DNA of 64,000 bases from Minisyncoccota bacterium (GTDB lineage: Bacteria > Patescibacteriota > Minisyncoccia > Phycocordibacterales > UBA9973): the NCBI GenBank assembly GCA_035714785.1, contig DASTLQ010000008.1, positions 1,713-65,712 of the forward strand, in the 5' to 3' direction. Of the stretch, positions 48,948-57,523 are shown one piece after another. The notes beneath the pieces were generated by a model. That model worked only from the letters and a program-made list of their open reading frames with translations, had not been told where the DNA came from and ran no database searches. The stretch's first letter is position 1. Each line of letters opens with the position of its first letter. The translations under genes and the position numbers were made by a program.

Positions 48948-49568
48948 CTATAGGGCAAAACCGGTGATGAGCTTGTAGAGGAATAGCAAAACAGGATACA
49001 AATATCGAGCAAAATAAAAGATAAAGATGAGAAGAATGAAGATTGAATATTTTTCTAGAAAATCTAGCACAGCATAAGCAGAAGAAGGTAAAAGAGAAAA
49101 CAGCACCTTTGAACCATCAAGTGGTGGAATGGGAATAAGGTTAAAAATCCCTAGACCGATATTGATAAGGACGATTGAGGAGATTATAAAGAATGCATCA
49201 GGTGCTATGCCCGTTCCCGCAATAACTCGCAGAATCATTCCGAAAAATATTGCTAGAAGAAAGTTTGCAAGGACTCCAGCAGACGCAACCCAAAACGTCC
49301 CCCATCGGCGATTTGTAAAGTTGAGCGGATTATAAGGCACTGGTTTTGCCCATCCAAACAAAAATGGAGCTTTTGCTAGTATCAAAACGAGTGGAACAAG
49401 CACAGAACCAAATATGTCTAAATGTTTTAAGGGATTTAGGGTGAGTCTGCCTGCATGTCGAGCCGTCTTGTCGCCAAAATATTCAGCCGCGTATCCATGA
49501 GCTACTTCGTGGATCACTACGGACATGATAAGAATCACTATAAAAAAAATTGTATCTGCTCCTTGCAT
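48948..49568 (-). CDS. Site-2 protease family zinc metallopeptidase (M50)
   Basis: HEVAHGY (HExxH) and NLIPIPPLDGSKV are present. The start is trimmed to MQGADT, to avoid overlap with divergent rpmB. Confidence 0.7.
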   Translation of the reverse strand: MQGADTIFFIVILIMSVVIHEVAHGYAAEYFGDKTARHAGRLTLNPLKHLDIFGSVLVPLVLILAKAPFLFGWAKPVPYNPLNFTNRRWGTFWVASAGVLANFLLAIFFGMILRVIAGTGIAPDAFFIISSIVLINIGLGIFNLIPIPPLDGSKVLFSLLPSSAYAVLDFLEKYSIFILLIFIFYFARYLYPVLLFLYKLITGFAL

Positions 49569-49599
49569 AATGATATTTTTATGATAGCATGAAAGAACT

Positions 49600-49848
49600 A
49601 TGGCGAAAACATGTGCAATCACAAAGAGGGGTTCGATTGTAGGAGGCGGATATTCCAACCGTACTCGTGCAACCAAATTCAACCCTACCGGTAAAGCCCG
49701 AAAATATCTGAATCTTCAGAAAAAGAAGATATTCGTACCCGAACTTGGAAAATCGGTGATTGTTACCATTTCTACAAAAGGCCTACGAACTATAAAGAAA
49801 AACGGTGCCTACGCTACTCTGAAGAAAGCTGGACTAATTAAAGCCTAA
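49600..49848 (+). CDS. rpmB: 50S ribosomal protein L28
   Basis: MAKTCAITKRGSIVGGGYSNRTRATKFNPTG..SVIVTISTKGLRTIKKNG aligns with the L28 family. Confidence 0.75.
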   Translation: MAKTCAITKRGSIVGGGYSNRTRATKFNPTGKARKYLNLQKKKIFVPELGKSVIVTISTKGLRTIKKNGAYATLKKAGLIKA

Positions 49849-49852
49849 CCCG

Positions 49853-49909
49853 CAACATGTAAGGGGTCCCCTTGCATGTTATCCACAGGGTAAGGGGACC
49901 CCTTACACC
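49853..49909. repeat. REP-like repeat cluster R13 (2 core units plus DnaA-box 9-mer)
   Basis: CAACATGTAAGGGGTCCCCTTGCATGTTATCCACAGGGTAAGGGGACCCCTTACACC. Confidence 0.85.
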
Positions 49910-49916
49910 TTGCATA

Positions 49917-49960
49917 TAAAAACCCTGACTGAAATTCAGCCAGGGTTTTGAATGTTTTTA
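49917..49960. terminator. Bidirectional terminator hairpin between convergent rpmB and the 49970 gene
   Basis: AAAACCCTGACTGAAATTCAGCCAGGGTTTTGAATGTTTTT. Confidence 0.55.
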
Positions 49961-49969
49961 CTTACTTTT

Positions 49970-50563
49970 TTAGGTTTTTATGGGGATTTTCGGTGGAATT
50001 ATGCCCACTAGGGCACAGGTCCTATCTATTCCTCCACCGTCATCCCCTATGATTGCATGGCCTTCAAACCACTTGCAGGTTGCCGGGCCACTCGCAGTAT
50101 CCCAAACTGTCATGTTAGGATACAGGCGAGAGAGCCCAGGCTGATCAATATTCAACTGAATCTGCGCAAACGGATTGATCAGTACTTTTCTTCTTTCATA
50201 CTCAAGTTTTCCTGCTTCATGAGTTATCCACTGCGTTGCGGTCTTGATGAATTTTTCTGGTCTAAATACCCCTACCGTTATCTCCCCCTTGGGAATTTCT
50301 ATTTTCCCTAAGGCAGGATTACCGGCTCTGTATTTATCAGCCAATTTAATGTCAATTGTGAGTTGAGTAATAACTAAAAAACTCCTGCTCTTGATAAAGT
50401 TCCAGAACAGGGTTCTTAATTCATTTTTAAATTCATGAGGATATTCCTCAAGAACCCTATTAATATCCTCTTCCTTGCATTCTTCCTCTTTTATTATTTC
50501 TTCAAAAAACTCCACTAAAAGACCTTCGGGGCTTTTTACAATTGGAAGTTCTGTCTCGCTCAT
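49970..50563 (-). CDS. Hypothetical protein, paralog A (shares motif ..LYPNMTVWD.. with the 50678 gene)
   Basis: 197-aa ORF with its own promoter and terminator. Confidence 0.45.
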   Translation of the reverse strand: MSETELPIVKSPEGLLVEFFEEIIKEEECKEEDINRVLEEYPHEFKNELRTLFWNFIKSRSFLVITQLTIDIKLADKYRAGNPALGKIEIPKGEITVGVFRPEKFIKTATQWITHEAGKLEYERRKVLINPFAQIQLNIDQPGLSRLYPNMTVWDTASGPATCKWFEGHAIIGDDGGGIDRTCALVGIIPPKIPIKT

Positions 50564-50611
50564 GCTACTAACTCCTTTTCTTTTTTTATTATTTTTACAA
50601 AATGTTTGCTT

Positions 50612-50641
50612 ATTTTTAGCACTTTAGAATAAATATGTCAA
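50612..50641 (-). promoter_or_regulatory. Candidate promoter for paralog A
   Basis: On the minus strand: TTGACA, 17-nt spacer, TAAAAAT. Confidence 0.45.
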
Positions 50642-50647
50642 AACAAA

Positions 50648-50672
50648 AGCCCTGTCGTGAAGACAGGGCTTA
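50648..50672 (-). terminator. Terminator hairpin after paralog B
   Basis: AAGCCCTGTCGTGAAGACAGGGCTT. Confidence 0.5.
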
Positions 50673-50677
50673 AAAGA

Positions 50678-51169
50678 TTATTTTGCCACGGCGCCAACCC
50701 ATAGGGTTGCGCCCTTCAATTCGGTGGGTAAGTTGCAGAATTCCCCTTCCCAAACGATCCTTTCAGTATAAAAAGCATGAAAGATAATAAGGTAAACCTT
50801 ATCTCCCTCCTTCCACAACGTTCCGTTGGGGTAGGTATCTGAAAAAAATAAATCTTGGATGTTTACTTGAGTTAAGGTAAACGGATCCACAAGTTTTAAT
50901 TTTTTCTCGTTCAACTTTTTCTCAATCTCTCCCAAATCTCCAAGGGTAGAATAATCAAAAGGAAAAAACTTAACTTTTTTTATACCCTTGTTTCCCCTGG
51001 GAATCGATTCATTCAGGGATCTAGTATCAAGGATCATTTTTCTTTCCGTTTGCCATAAAATTGTTAACAGTGGCAGGCTTCGATCTATTTCCCCCTTTAC
51101 TTCGACTTCTTTAACCTCATCCTGAGGTCTTTTGTAAGGTGAAAAAAATATGTTCATTTTGAACTCCAT
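50678..51169 (-). CDS. Hypothetical protein, paralog B (..TYPNGTLWK..)
   Basis: 163-aa ORF with a similar promoter architecture. Confidence 0.45.
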   Translation of the reverse strand: MEFKMNIFFSPYKRPQDEVKEVEVKGEIDRSLPLLTILWQTERKMILDTRSLNESIPRGNKGIKKVKFFPFDYSTLGDLGEIEKKLNEKKLKLVDPFTLTQVNIQDLFFSDTYPNGTLWKEGDKVYLIIFHAFYTERIVWEGEFCNLPTELKGATLWVGAVAK

Positions 51170-51197
51170 AATTTAATTTTTGAAAAGAATTTTTCTT

Positions 51198-51227
51198 GTT
51201 TTTAGCATTTACGGAGGCATAAGTCAA
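51198..51227 (-). promoter_or_regulatory. Candidate promoter for paralog B
   Basis: On the minus strand: TTGACT, 17-nt spacer, TAAAAAC. It resembles the paralog A promoter. Confidence 0.45.
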
Positions 51228-51237
51228 AGCAAACGAC

Positions 51238-51266
51238 CAAGCAGGCAAGGATTGTCCTTGCCTGCT
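51238..51266 (-). terminator. Hairpin downstream of the DEAD-box helicase gene
   Basis: GCAGGCAAGGATTGTCCTTGCCTGC. Confidence 0.45.
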
Positions 51267-51267
51267 G

Positions 51268-51342
51268 CCTGTGGATAAAGTGTAAGGGGTCCCCTTGCAT
51301 GTTATCCACATGTGGATAAAGTGTAAGGGGTCCCCTTACACC
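51268..51342. repeat. REP-like repeat cluster R14 (2 core units, 3 DnaA-box 9-mers)
   Basis: CCTGTGGATAAAGTGTAAGGGGTCCCCTTGCATGTTATCCACATGTGGATAAAGTGTAAGGGGTCCCCTTACACC. Confidence 0.85.
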
Positions 51343-51343
51343 T

Positions 51344-52639
51344 TTAGATGAAAGTCAAAGCTGTGCCTTTCTTTCCGCTTCGACCTGTTCGGCCGATGCG
51401 ATGTACATAGGTATCGTAGCTTTGAGGAATGTCGTAGTTGATCACATGCGTCACATCAGGAATATCCAATCCTCGAGCGGCTACGTCAGTAGCGATCAGG
51501 ACAGTGATATGGTCTTTCTTAAAAGAATCCAATATCCGAATGCGTTCTCGGCTTCGTTTATCGCCGTGAATACCTGCAACTTTAAAACCAGATTTTGTGA
51601 GCTCTCGTGTCAGCTCGTCCACGCTGTGTTTCATCTCGCGAAAGATGAGCACCTTGCTTGAATCCACGTGTGAGAGCACTTCCTGTAGTTTTTCCAATCG
51701 ATCTTCCTTGCTTCGAGTGCGAATGATATCCTGATCAATATTCTTTGCCGTTTCTCCAGCAATCACAGAAATATAAACAGGATTTTTCAAAAAACTCCCT
51801 GATAATTTCTTTATTTCCGGTGAAAGTGTTGCAGAGAAAAACAGAGTCTGTCTGTCGGGCGAACTTTTTCCGATAATAGAAACCATATCATCGCGAAATC
51901 CCATGTCGAGCATGCGATCTGCTTCGTCGAGCACTATTCTCTTGTATGAGGATAGATTTAATACTTTTCTTTTGATGAGGTCCATCACTCGTCCCGGCGT
52001 ACCGATGACAAATGAAACTCCCCTTTCTACTTCGCGTATCTGTTTCATGATTGGAAGCCCCCCGACTACTGCTACTCCGTAGAGTCCTGAGCCAGAAGCG
52101 AGAGAGCGAAGCTCTTCTTCAATCTGGAGAGCAAGTTCCCGAGTAGGAGCAAGCACTAATACTTTTTCTGTACGGTCGTTCATCACCCGATCAAGCAAGG
52201 GTAAAAGAAATGCTGCCGTCTTTCCGGTACCAGTATTTGCCAAGCCAAAAACATCTTTTCCTTCTAGAATACTTGGAATAGCCTGGTCCTGAATAGGACG
52301 AGGATTTGCATATCCTTTCTTGGAAATATTTTTTTGAATTTGAGAATGGAAAGGAAAATCTGCAAAAGTATGTTTTGAAACATATTCCTTTTCTACCACG
52401 AATTGTGCTTTCTTTATGAAACGTGAAAAATCTATTCGCTCTCCACCTTTTCTTGCGAATCTTCCAGTAGATCGCCCTCTTAGAGAGCTACCACTATTTC
52501 TATTATTTCTTGCGCCAGCAAATCTGCTAGCGGGTTTTCCTCCCGCAAAACGAGAAGAAGAGCGTGTCGACCTTTGAGGGGGACGCGCAGAACTGCGTTT
52601 GTTTATCATATTCTTTTTTGTGTCATGGATATCAATCAC
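51344..52639 (-). CDS. DEAD-box ATP-dependent RNA helicase with RG/S-rich N-terminal extension
   Basis: AxTGTGKT, DEAD (VLDEADRM), SAT and HRIGRTGR motifs are present. Confidence 0.85.
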   Translation of the reverse strand: MIDIHDTKKNMINKRSSARPPQRSTRSSSRFAGGKPASRFAGARNNRNSGSSLRGRSTGRFARKGGERIDFSRFIKKAQFVVEKEYVSKHTFADFPFHSQIQKNISKKGYANPRPIQDQAIPSILEGKDVFGLANTGTGKTAAFLLPLLDRVMNDRTEKVLVLAPTRELALQIEEELRSLASGSGLYGVAVVGGLPIMKQIREVERGVSFVIGTPGRVMDLIKRKVLNLSSYKRIVLDEADRMLDMGFRDDMVSIIGKSSPDRQTLFFSATLSPEIKKLSGSFLKNPVYISVIAGETAKNIDQDIIRTRSKEDRLEKLQEVLSHVDSSKVLIFREMKHSVDELTRELTKSGFKVAGIHGDKRSRERIRILDSFKKDHITVLIATDVAARGLDIPDVTHVINYDIPQSYDTYVHRIGRTGRSGKKGTALTFI

Positions 52640-52782
52640 AAGACACTAAAAGTCATAGATGATTTCCACAAACTCAGTCTCGTTTATATTTAATAGTAAT
52701 TAGCCTAAATTGACGATATCGTGGCTAATTCGGTGAGAATGATGTATAGAGTTTAGCATTTCTAGACTTTTTTGTCAATATT

Positions 52783-52811
52783 TTGCTTGCTTATTTTTAA
52801 AAAGCTATAAT
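52783..52811 (+). promoter_or_regulatory. Candidate leaderless promoter for thyA
   Basis: TTGCTT, 17-nt spacer, TATAAT. The -10 ends 6 nt before the ATG. Confidence 0.5.
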
Positions 52812-52817
52812 CAACCC

Positions 52818-53690
52818 ATGAAAGCATATCTAGATATTTTGAAAAAAGTTTTAGACGAAGGGGTAAAAGTAGAGACCCGCACGGGTACTTCTGCCTTTAC
52901 TATTGCAGGAGCAATATTTGAGCACGACATGTCTCTCGGCTTCCCTCTTCTTACTACAAAAAAAGTTCCTTTTCGCCTAGTAGCCAGCGAGCTTGAATTT
53001 TTTATAAATGGAATCACAGACAAGAAATGGCTTCAGGATCGCAACAATCATATCTGGGATGAATGGGCAGCTCCAAAAAAAGCTCCCTACGGACACGACG
53101 AAGAATCTAAAAAAAGAATGCTCGAAGAGCGAGACCTCGGCCCTATCTATGGATTTCAGTGGCGCCACTTCAACGCACCGTATGAAAATTTTGACAGTGA
53201 TTATGCTGGCAAAGGTTTTGATCAACTAAAAAAACTTGTGGAGACTTTGAAAACAAATCCTCGTGATCGACGAATGATTGTAAGCGCATGGAATCCTCTT
53301 CAGTTTGACGAGATGGGTCTGCCTCCATGCCACTATTCTTTTCAAGTGACCGTAGTAGATGGAAAGCTCAATTTACTTTGGAATCAGCGCTCAGTGGATA
53401 CGATGCTTGGTCTTCCTTTCAACATTTCAAGCTATGCCTTACTTTTGCATCTCTTGGCAAAAGAAACGGGGCTGGCGGAAGGAAAACTGGTCGGTTTTCT
53501 CGGAGATGTGCATGTATATGAAAATCACATCGAAGGCGCCAAAGAACAACTCAGCCGAGATCCGAATAAATATCCTTTACCAAAAATTGAGACGGAAAAT
53601 TGGAAATCTATTTTTGACTGGCACTTCGAAGATACTAAAGTTTTGAATTATGAAAGTTATCCGCGGATTCCCTTGCCGATTGCGGTGTAA
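52818..53690 (+). CDS. thyA: Thymidylate synthase (ThyA)
   Basis: 290-aa ORF. The segment ..RRMIVSAWNPLQFDEMGLPPCHYSFQ.. contains the catalytic Cys. Confidence 0.9.
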   Translation: MKAYLDILKKVLDEGVKVETRTGTSAFTIAGAIFEHDMSLGFPLLTTKKVPFRLVASELEFFINGITDKKWLQDRNNHIWDEWAAPKKAPYGHDEESKKRMLEERDLGPIYGFQWRHFNAPYENFDSDYAGKGFDQLKKLVETLKTNPRDRRMIVSAWNPLQFDEMGLPPCHYSFQVTVVDGKLNLLWNQRSVDTMLGLPFNISSYALLLHLLAKETGLAEGKLVGFLGDVHVYENHIEGAKEQLSRDPNKYPLPKIETENWKSIFDWHFEDTKVLNYESYPRIPLPIAV

Positions 53691-53743
53691 AATTCAATAT
53701 TAAAAAGGCATGTCGGATATTTACACCGTACATGCCTTATTTT

Positions 53744-54451
53744 TTAATAATAGCAAAGAAAGCAGACCGCGTCTGTGCTTCCGAGATTTCCTCCATCGTC
53801 AAGCCTAATCTCACCTTTCCTATTTAATTCTCGACTGGCTGGAGTAATTTCAAAGAAAAGGTCGTCATATTTTTCCAGTGGCTCATTCATGAGAAAGAGC
53901 CTACGGAGGTCAAAAACTTGCATTGCCTTTTCAGTCATACACTGTGATAGGAGGAAAGCAATCTGATAACCCATTTTTGCGGGTATAAGCCTTACTCCAC
54001 TAGGTAAAACTAATCTTTTTTTCAGATTTGAAACAGACGGTAGTCTCTTTCTTCTCAGAATTAATATTTTCGAAAAAGAGTGAAAGTAAAAATGATACGC
54101 CTCCTGAAAAGAGAAGAATTTTTTCATAGTAATTATTTTTTCTTCCACTATTATCCCTTGTGACTCAAGAACCGAGAAAGATTCTTCAATCCTTTTTTGT
54201 TGCGCTTCAGAAGAATCAGGGTCTGCTTTTGACCAATCATACTTATAGAGCAGTAATTCTTTATTGCACTCTTTTTCTGCCCCAAATCTAATTCCGTGAA
54301 CATCTGCATTAGGCGCTACCATACTTGCCAAATCCAGATAAATAAGATTACTAACGCTCACCCAATATTGGTGTGGTCCGGACGGTCCCGATGTCCAATA
54401 CCCAAAAGGAATTTGGGGTATTTCCATAATAAGATTATTGCCATCTTCCAT
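53744..54451 (-). CDS. Hypothetical protein (island gene 1)
   Basis: 235-aa ORF preceded by the conserved promoter cassette. Confidence 0.4.
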   Translation of the reverse strand: MEDGNNLIMEIPQIPFGYWTSGPSGPHQYWVSVSNLIYLDLASMVAPNADVHGIRFGAEKECNKELLLYKYDWSKADPDSSEAQQKRIEESFSVLESQGIIVEEKIITMKKFFSFQEAYHFYFHSFSKILILRRKRLPSVSNLKKRLVLPSGVRLIPAKMGYQIAFLLSQCMTEKAMQVFDLRRLFLMNEPLEKYDDLFFEITPASRELNRKGEIRLDDGGNLGSTDAVCFLCYY

Positions 54452-54486
54452 TTCTTTATTCCTTATCTTTATTTGAAATTACATTT

Positions 54487-54603
54487 ATTTAAAATATCAA
54501 TATTTATTCATTACAGCATGTTTCATAACGATTAGTCAATATGGCATAAAAAACGCCCGTAGGTTATACGGGCGGAAGATTTGTGAAATCTTCAAAACTT
54601 TTC
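54487..54603. repeat. ~115-bp conserved intergenic cassette, copy A (terminator hairpin plus promoter)
   Basis: It is about 90% identical to 55280-55392. It contains the hairpin CGCCCGTAGGTTATACGGGCG. On the minus strand it reads TTGACT, 18-nt spacer, TGTAAT. Confidence 0.75.
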
Positions 54604-54655
54604 GCGGACAAAGGGCAAAGTGTCAAAAAGACCACAGTGCCCCAAGTCCAGAGTG

Positions 54656-55288
54656 CTACTTACTGAAGCGGAGAGCGGGGTAGTTGGAGTTCCAGTTGTA
54701 GTCCAGCGAGCTCCAGATCAGCCAAACCTCGTCGCCGCTGACGTAGAGATACGGGACATACAGGTCGCCGTCACGGTTCTGCACGACCGACTTCCAGAGG
54801 TAGACGGCCTTCCCTTGGAAGAGTTCGCGGAATACCATTATCCCTTTCGCCCGAATTGCGAGTCCATCTTGAAGGTTCAGGCAACCCTCAAGAAGATTAT
54901 TAACTTTAAAAGATTCGTAGATAGTGTTTCCACCAACTACTCCATTTTTTTGATCGTCGTGGAGCCACAGCTCCAGACTTGAGAGATCATAATTCTCTGG
55001 ACCAGAATTTTGCAATTCTGGATTTATAATCTCCTCCACCCAGACAGGAAACTTGGCATTTACGGAACGATCAACATTAATGGAAAAATTAAAATCGGGC
55101 TTCGGGATTATGAATCCCCGAGAAATTGCGTTTTTAAGCTCATCGAGATTTCCTTCGTAATACTCGATTTGCTTTTTCGTTAAAATAACGAAGTTTGGGA
55201 CCGCCTTAAGTCCCAAATTATAGGCACGAGCTAGCAAGGGTGTGTCTGTGTCCATGAGACGTTTCCTTTTTTTGTTATAAAATATCAA
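54656..55288 (-). CDS. Hypothetical protein (island gene 2; GC-rich 3' end; C-terminal Trp-rich motif shared with gene 3)
   Basis: 210-aa ORF with the C-terminus ..LWKSVVQNRDGDLYVPYLYVSGDEVWLIWSSLDYNWNSNYPALRFSK. Confidence 0.4.
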   Translation of the reverse strand: MIFYNKKRKRLMDTDTPLLARAYNLGLKAVPNFVILTKKQIEYYEGNLDELKNAISRGFIIPKPDFNFSINVDRSVNAKFPVWVEEIINPELQNSGPENYDLSSLELWLHDDQKNGVVGGNTIYESFKVNNLLEGCLNLQDGLAIRAKGIMVFRELFQGKAVYLWKSVVQNRDGDLYVPYLYVSGDEVWLIWSSLDYNWNSNYPALRFSK

Positions 55289-55392
55289 TATTTATTCATT
55301 ACAGCATGTTACATAGCAATTAGTCAATATGGCATAAAAAACGCCCGTAGGTTATACGGGCGGAGGATTTGTGAAATCTTCAAAACTTTTAA
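55280..55392. repeat. ~115-bp conserved intergenic cassette, copy B
   Basis: Same sequence as copy A. A partial third copy (promoter part) is at 56040-56075. Confidence 0.75.
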
Positions 55393-55397
55393 GCGGC

Positions 55398-55991
55398 CTA
55401 CTTGCGGAGACCGGCAAACCACCAGTCGTCGTCCCAAACAATGTCGCTCTGAAAGACACCGACGCCGCGCCTGCCGCCCCAACGACTGAAGGAGGAGTAA
55501 CACCACCGACCATCAGAATTTTTCCAGTGAGTACAGCTGGGATGGTTATCCCCAAATGTAGGGTCAACAGCATTAACAGCAGCCAAAGAATATGGATCAG
55601 CGGCTTCCAAGCCACGAATTTGATATTCTTTTTCCAAATCGTTGTCGCTTATAAAGCGACCAAGATTAAAGAATACTACCTCCACCTCATCACCTTCGCC
55701 TTTCGGCATTCCGGCGATAACTGAGTTATTCACATGTTGCTCCCGTCCTGTGGCGTCCAACACCTGCTGAGGTGTCAAACTGCGATTTACACGAATAGTC
55801 CTGACAATCAAATTACTCACAGCCTCAACACGGCTGCGAAAAATTGAAAACATATCATCAACGAGCCCACTTTGTCCAAGGGCTGTTTGTACCGCCCGTG
55901 AATCAAAGCTTTTGCTATGCTTTTCCAACATAGCTCGATAAAGACTAACAGCTTTATCAATCTGTCCAGATAGGGTCATGGTTTTTTCCAT
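55398..55991 (-). CDS. Hypothetical protein (island gene 3; higher GC than its surroundings)
   Basis: 197-aa ORF with the C-terminus ..HWKNSDGRWCYSSFSRWGGRRGVGVFQSDIVWDDDWWFAGLRK. Confidence 0.4.
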   Translation of the reverse strand: MEKTMTLSGQIDKAVSLYRAMLEKHSKSFDSRAVQTALGQSGLVDDMFSIFRSRVEAVSNLIVRTIRVNRSLTPQQVLDATGREQHVNNSVIAGMPKGEGDEVEVVFFNLGRFISDNDLEKEYQIRGLEAADPYSLAAVNAVDPTFGDNHPSCTHWKNSDGRWCYSSFSRWGGRRGVGVFQSDIVWDDDWWFAGLRK

Positions 55992-56115
55992 GGCGTTATC
56001 TCCTTATTATGTTATAAAACAACTTGTTACCTTTTTAATTACCGCATATTACATAGCAATTAGTCAATAGTACTATTTTAACACCATTAAAACTCTTATC
56101 TGCTAAAATATATCC

Positions 56116-56601
56116 ATGCTCTCCATGATCGCGGCCATTGGTAAAAATAAAGAACTTGGAAAAGGAAACACACTCCTCTGGGATTTGCCGCTCGACATGA
56201 AGCATTTCCGATCAACTACTTCAGGTCATCCTGTGATCATGGGACAAAGGACATTTGAATCTATCGGTCGTCCCCTACCCAAGCGAAGAAATATAATCTT
56301 GACGAGGGACCGAGAGTATCATCCAGACGGGACCGAAATTGCGCATAGTATAGAAGAAGCTATCGCCCTCCTCGATGCAAGCGAAGAAAATTTCGTAGTA
56401 GGAGGCGGACAAATTTACACCCAATTTTTAGAAAAAGCTGACCGCCTGTATCTGACGGAAGTGGATGCCGACTTTCCTGACGCCGATGCTTTTTTCCCAG
56501 AATTTATTAAAGACGAATGGAAAGTGGTGGCAGAAGAGAAACACGAAAAAGACGCAGAGCACCAATACGATTTCGTTTTTAAAATTTACGAGAGAAAATA
56601 A
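56116..56601 (+). CDS. folA: Dihydrofolate reductase
   Basis: ..MIAAIGKNKELGKGNTLLWDLPLDMKHFRSTTSGHPVIMGQRTFESIG... The -10 element TAAAAT lies 6 nt upstream of the ATG, which suggests a leaderless transcript. Confidence 0.85.
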   Translation: MLSMIAAIGKNKELGKGNTLLWDLPLDMKHFRSTTSGHPVIMGQRTFESIGRPLPKRRNIILTRDREYHPDGTEIAHSIEEAIALLDASEENFVVGGGQIYTQFLEKADRLYLTEVDADFPDADAFFPEFIKDEWKVVAEEKHEKDAEHQYDFVFKIYERK

Positions 56602-56640
56602 ATAACTCTGGTATAAAATACCAGAGTTAAATTTAAATTA
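56601..56640. terminator. Bidirectional terminator hairpin
   Basis: AACTCTGGTATAAAATACCAGAGTT flanked by A-runs and T-runs. Confidence 0.55.
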
Positions 56641-57079
56641 TTATTTGGCAAGGGGGAAAGATCATTTCCTTTTCCTTTGTACCCAACAATATTTTCCCTT
56701 CTTTTGGTTCTAGGAAAATTAACTGCCGGTTGGTGTACCCCACGATTGTAGGATACACTAGCCTCCTACTAAATGTATTTTTATCTTTCTCAAGCTCAAG
56801 ATAAGAATACATTCTTGCCCAAATTTTATTCAACCGAGTTTTCCCCATTTTAAAATCTAGAACGATTTCCTTTGCCATTTTTTCATTAGGACTTTCATAA
56901 ATACTTACAAGATAATCTCCTACCCAGCTCTCATCTCTCATGTTTAGAAAGATTCTGAACTCTAAAGCGACCATAACCTTGTCGCTGTTTAGAATTCTAG
57001 ACTTTACAATTTCTATCTCTTCTTTGGGTTTTTTAATTTTATCGAAACCGACAAAACTATAATCCGTGGGGAATCTCAA
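56633..57079 (-). CDS. Hypothetical protein
   Basis: 148-aa ORF. Confidence 0.4.
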   Translation of the reverse strand: MRFPTDYSFVGFDKIKKPKEEIEIVKSRILNSDKVMVALEFRIFLNMRDESWVGDYLVSIYESPNEKMAKEIVLDFKMGKTRLNKIWARMYSYLELEKDKNTFSRRLVYPTIVGYTNRQLIFLEPKEGKILLGTKEKEMIFPPCQIII

Positions 57080-57191
57080 CTTTCTACCTCCATATTAATA
57101 TTTTAAAAAACAAAAAGGCCTGATAGGCCCTTTACTCTTATGTTGACGATGACATCAGAGAATCCTGTCAAACCAAAATATTATGCTGAAT

Positions 57192-57521
57192 TTACGGGTC
57201 TATGTCAGTTTTAATGCGAATAAAGACATCTTTTCCGTCGGGAGACTTTTCTTTTCTGTATTTTCTGTTTTTATTTATTTCAATCTTGCGGGCCAATTCT
57301 TTTTCCAGATCATAGCCGAGAATCTCTGACATTCCTAAAAGAAAAACTGCCACGTCGGCAAGCTCTTCGGCTACGCCCTCTTCTCTATGAAAATATTTTC
57401 TAAAAGCTTCAGAAAGTTCTTCATGGGCACGGCAAAATTCTTCCGCTACATCAGTGGTATTAAATCCTTTCTCTATTTTATTTCTCATTACTTCTTTCTG
57501 AAGTGCAGTTAAATCAATCAT
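57192..57521 (-). CDS. MazG-like nucleotide pyrophosphohydrolase (small all-alpha NTP-PPase)
   Basis: EEFCRAHEELSEAFRKY and EELADVAVFLLGMSEILGYDLE fit the MazG EExxE/D pattern. Confidence 0.55.
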   Translation of the reverse strand: MIDLTALQKEVMRNKIEKGFNTTDVAEEFCRAHEELSEAFRKYFHREEGVAEELADVAVFLLGMSEILGYDLEKELARKIEINKNRKYRKEKSPDGKDVFIRIKTDIDP

Positions 57522-57523
57522 GA

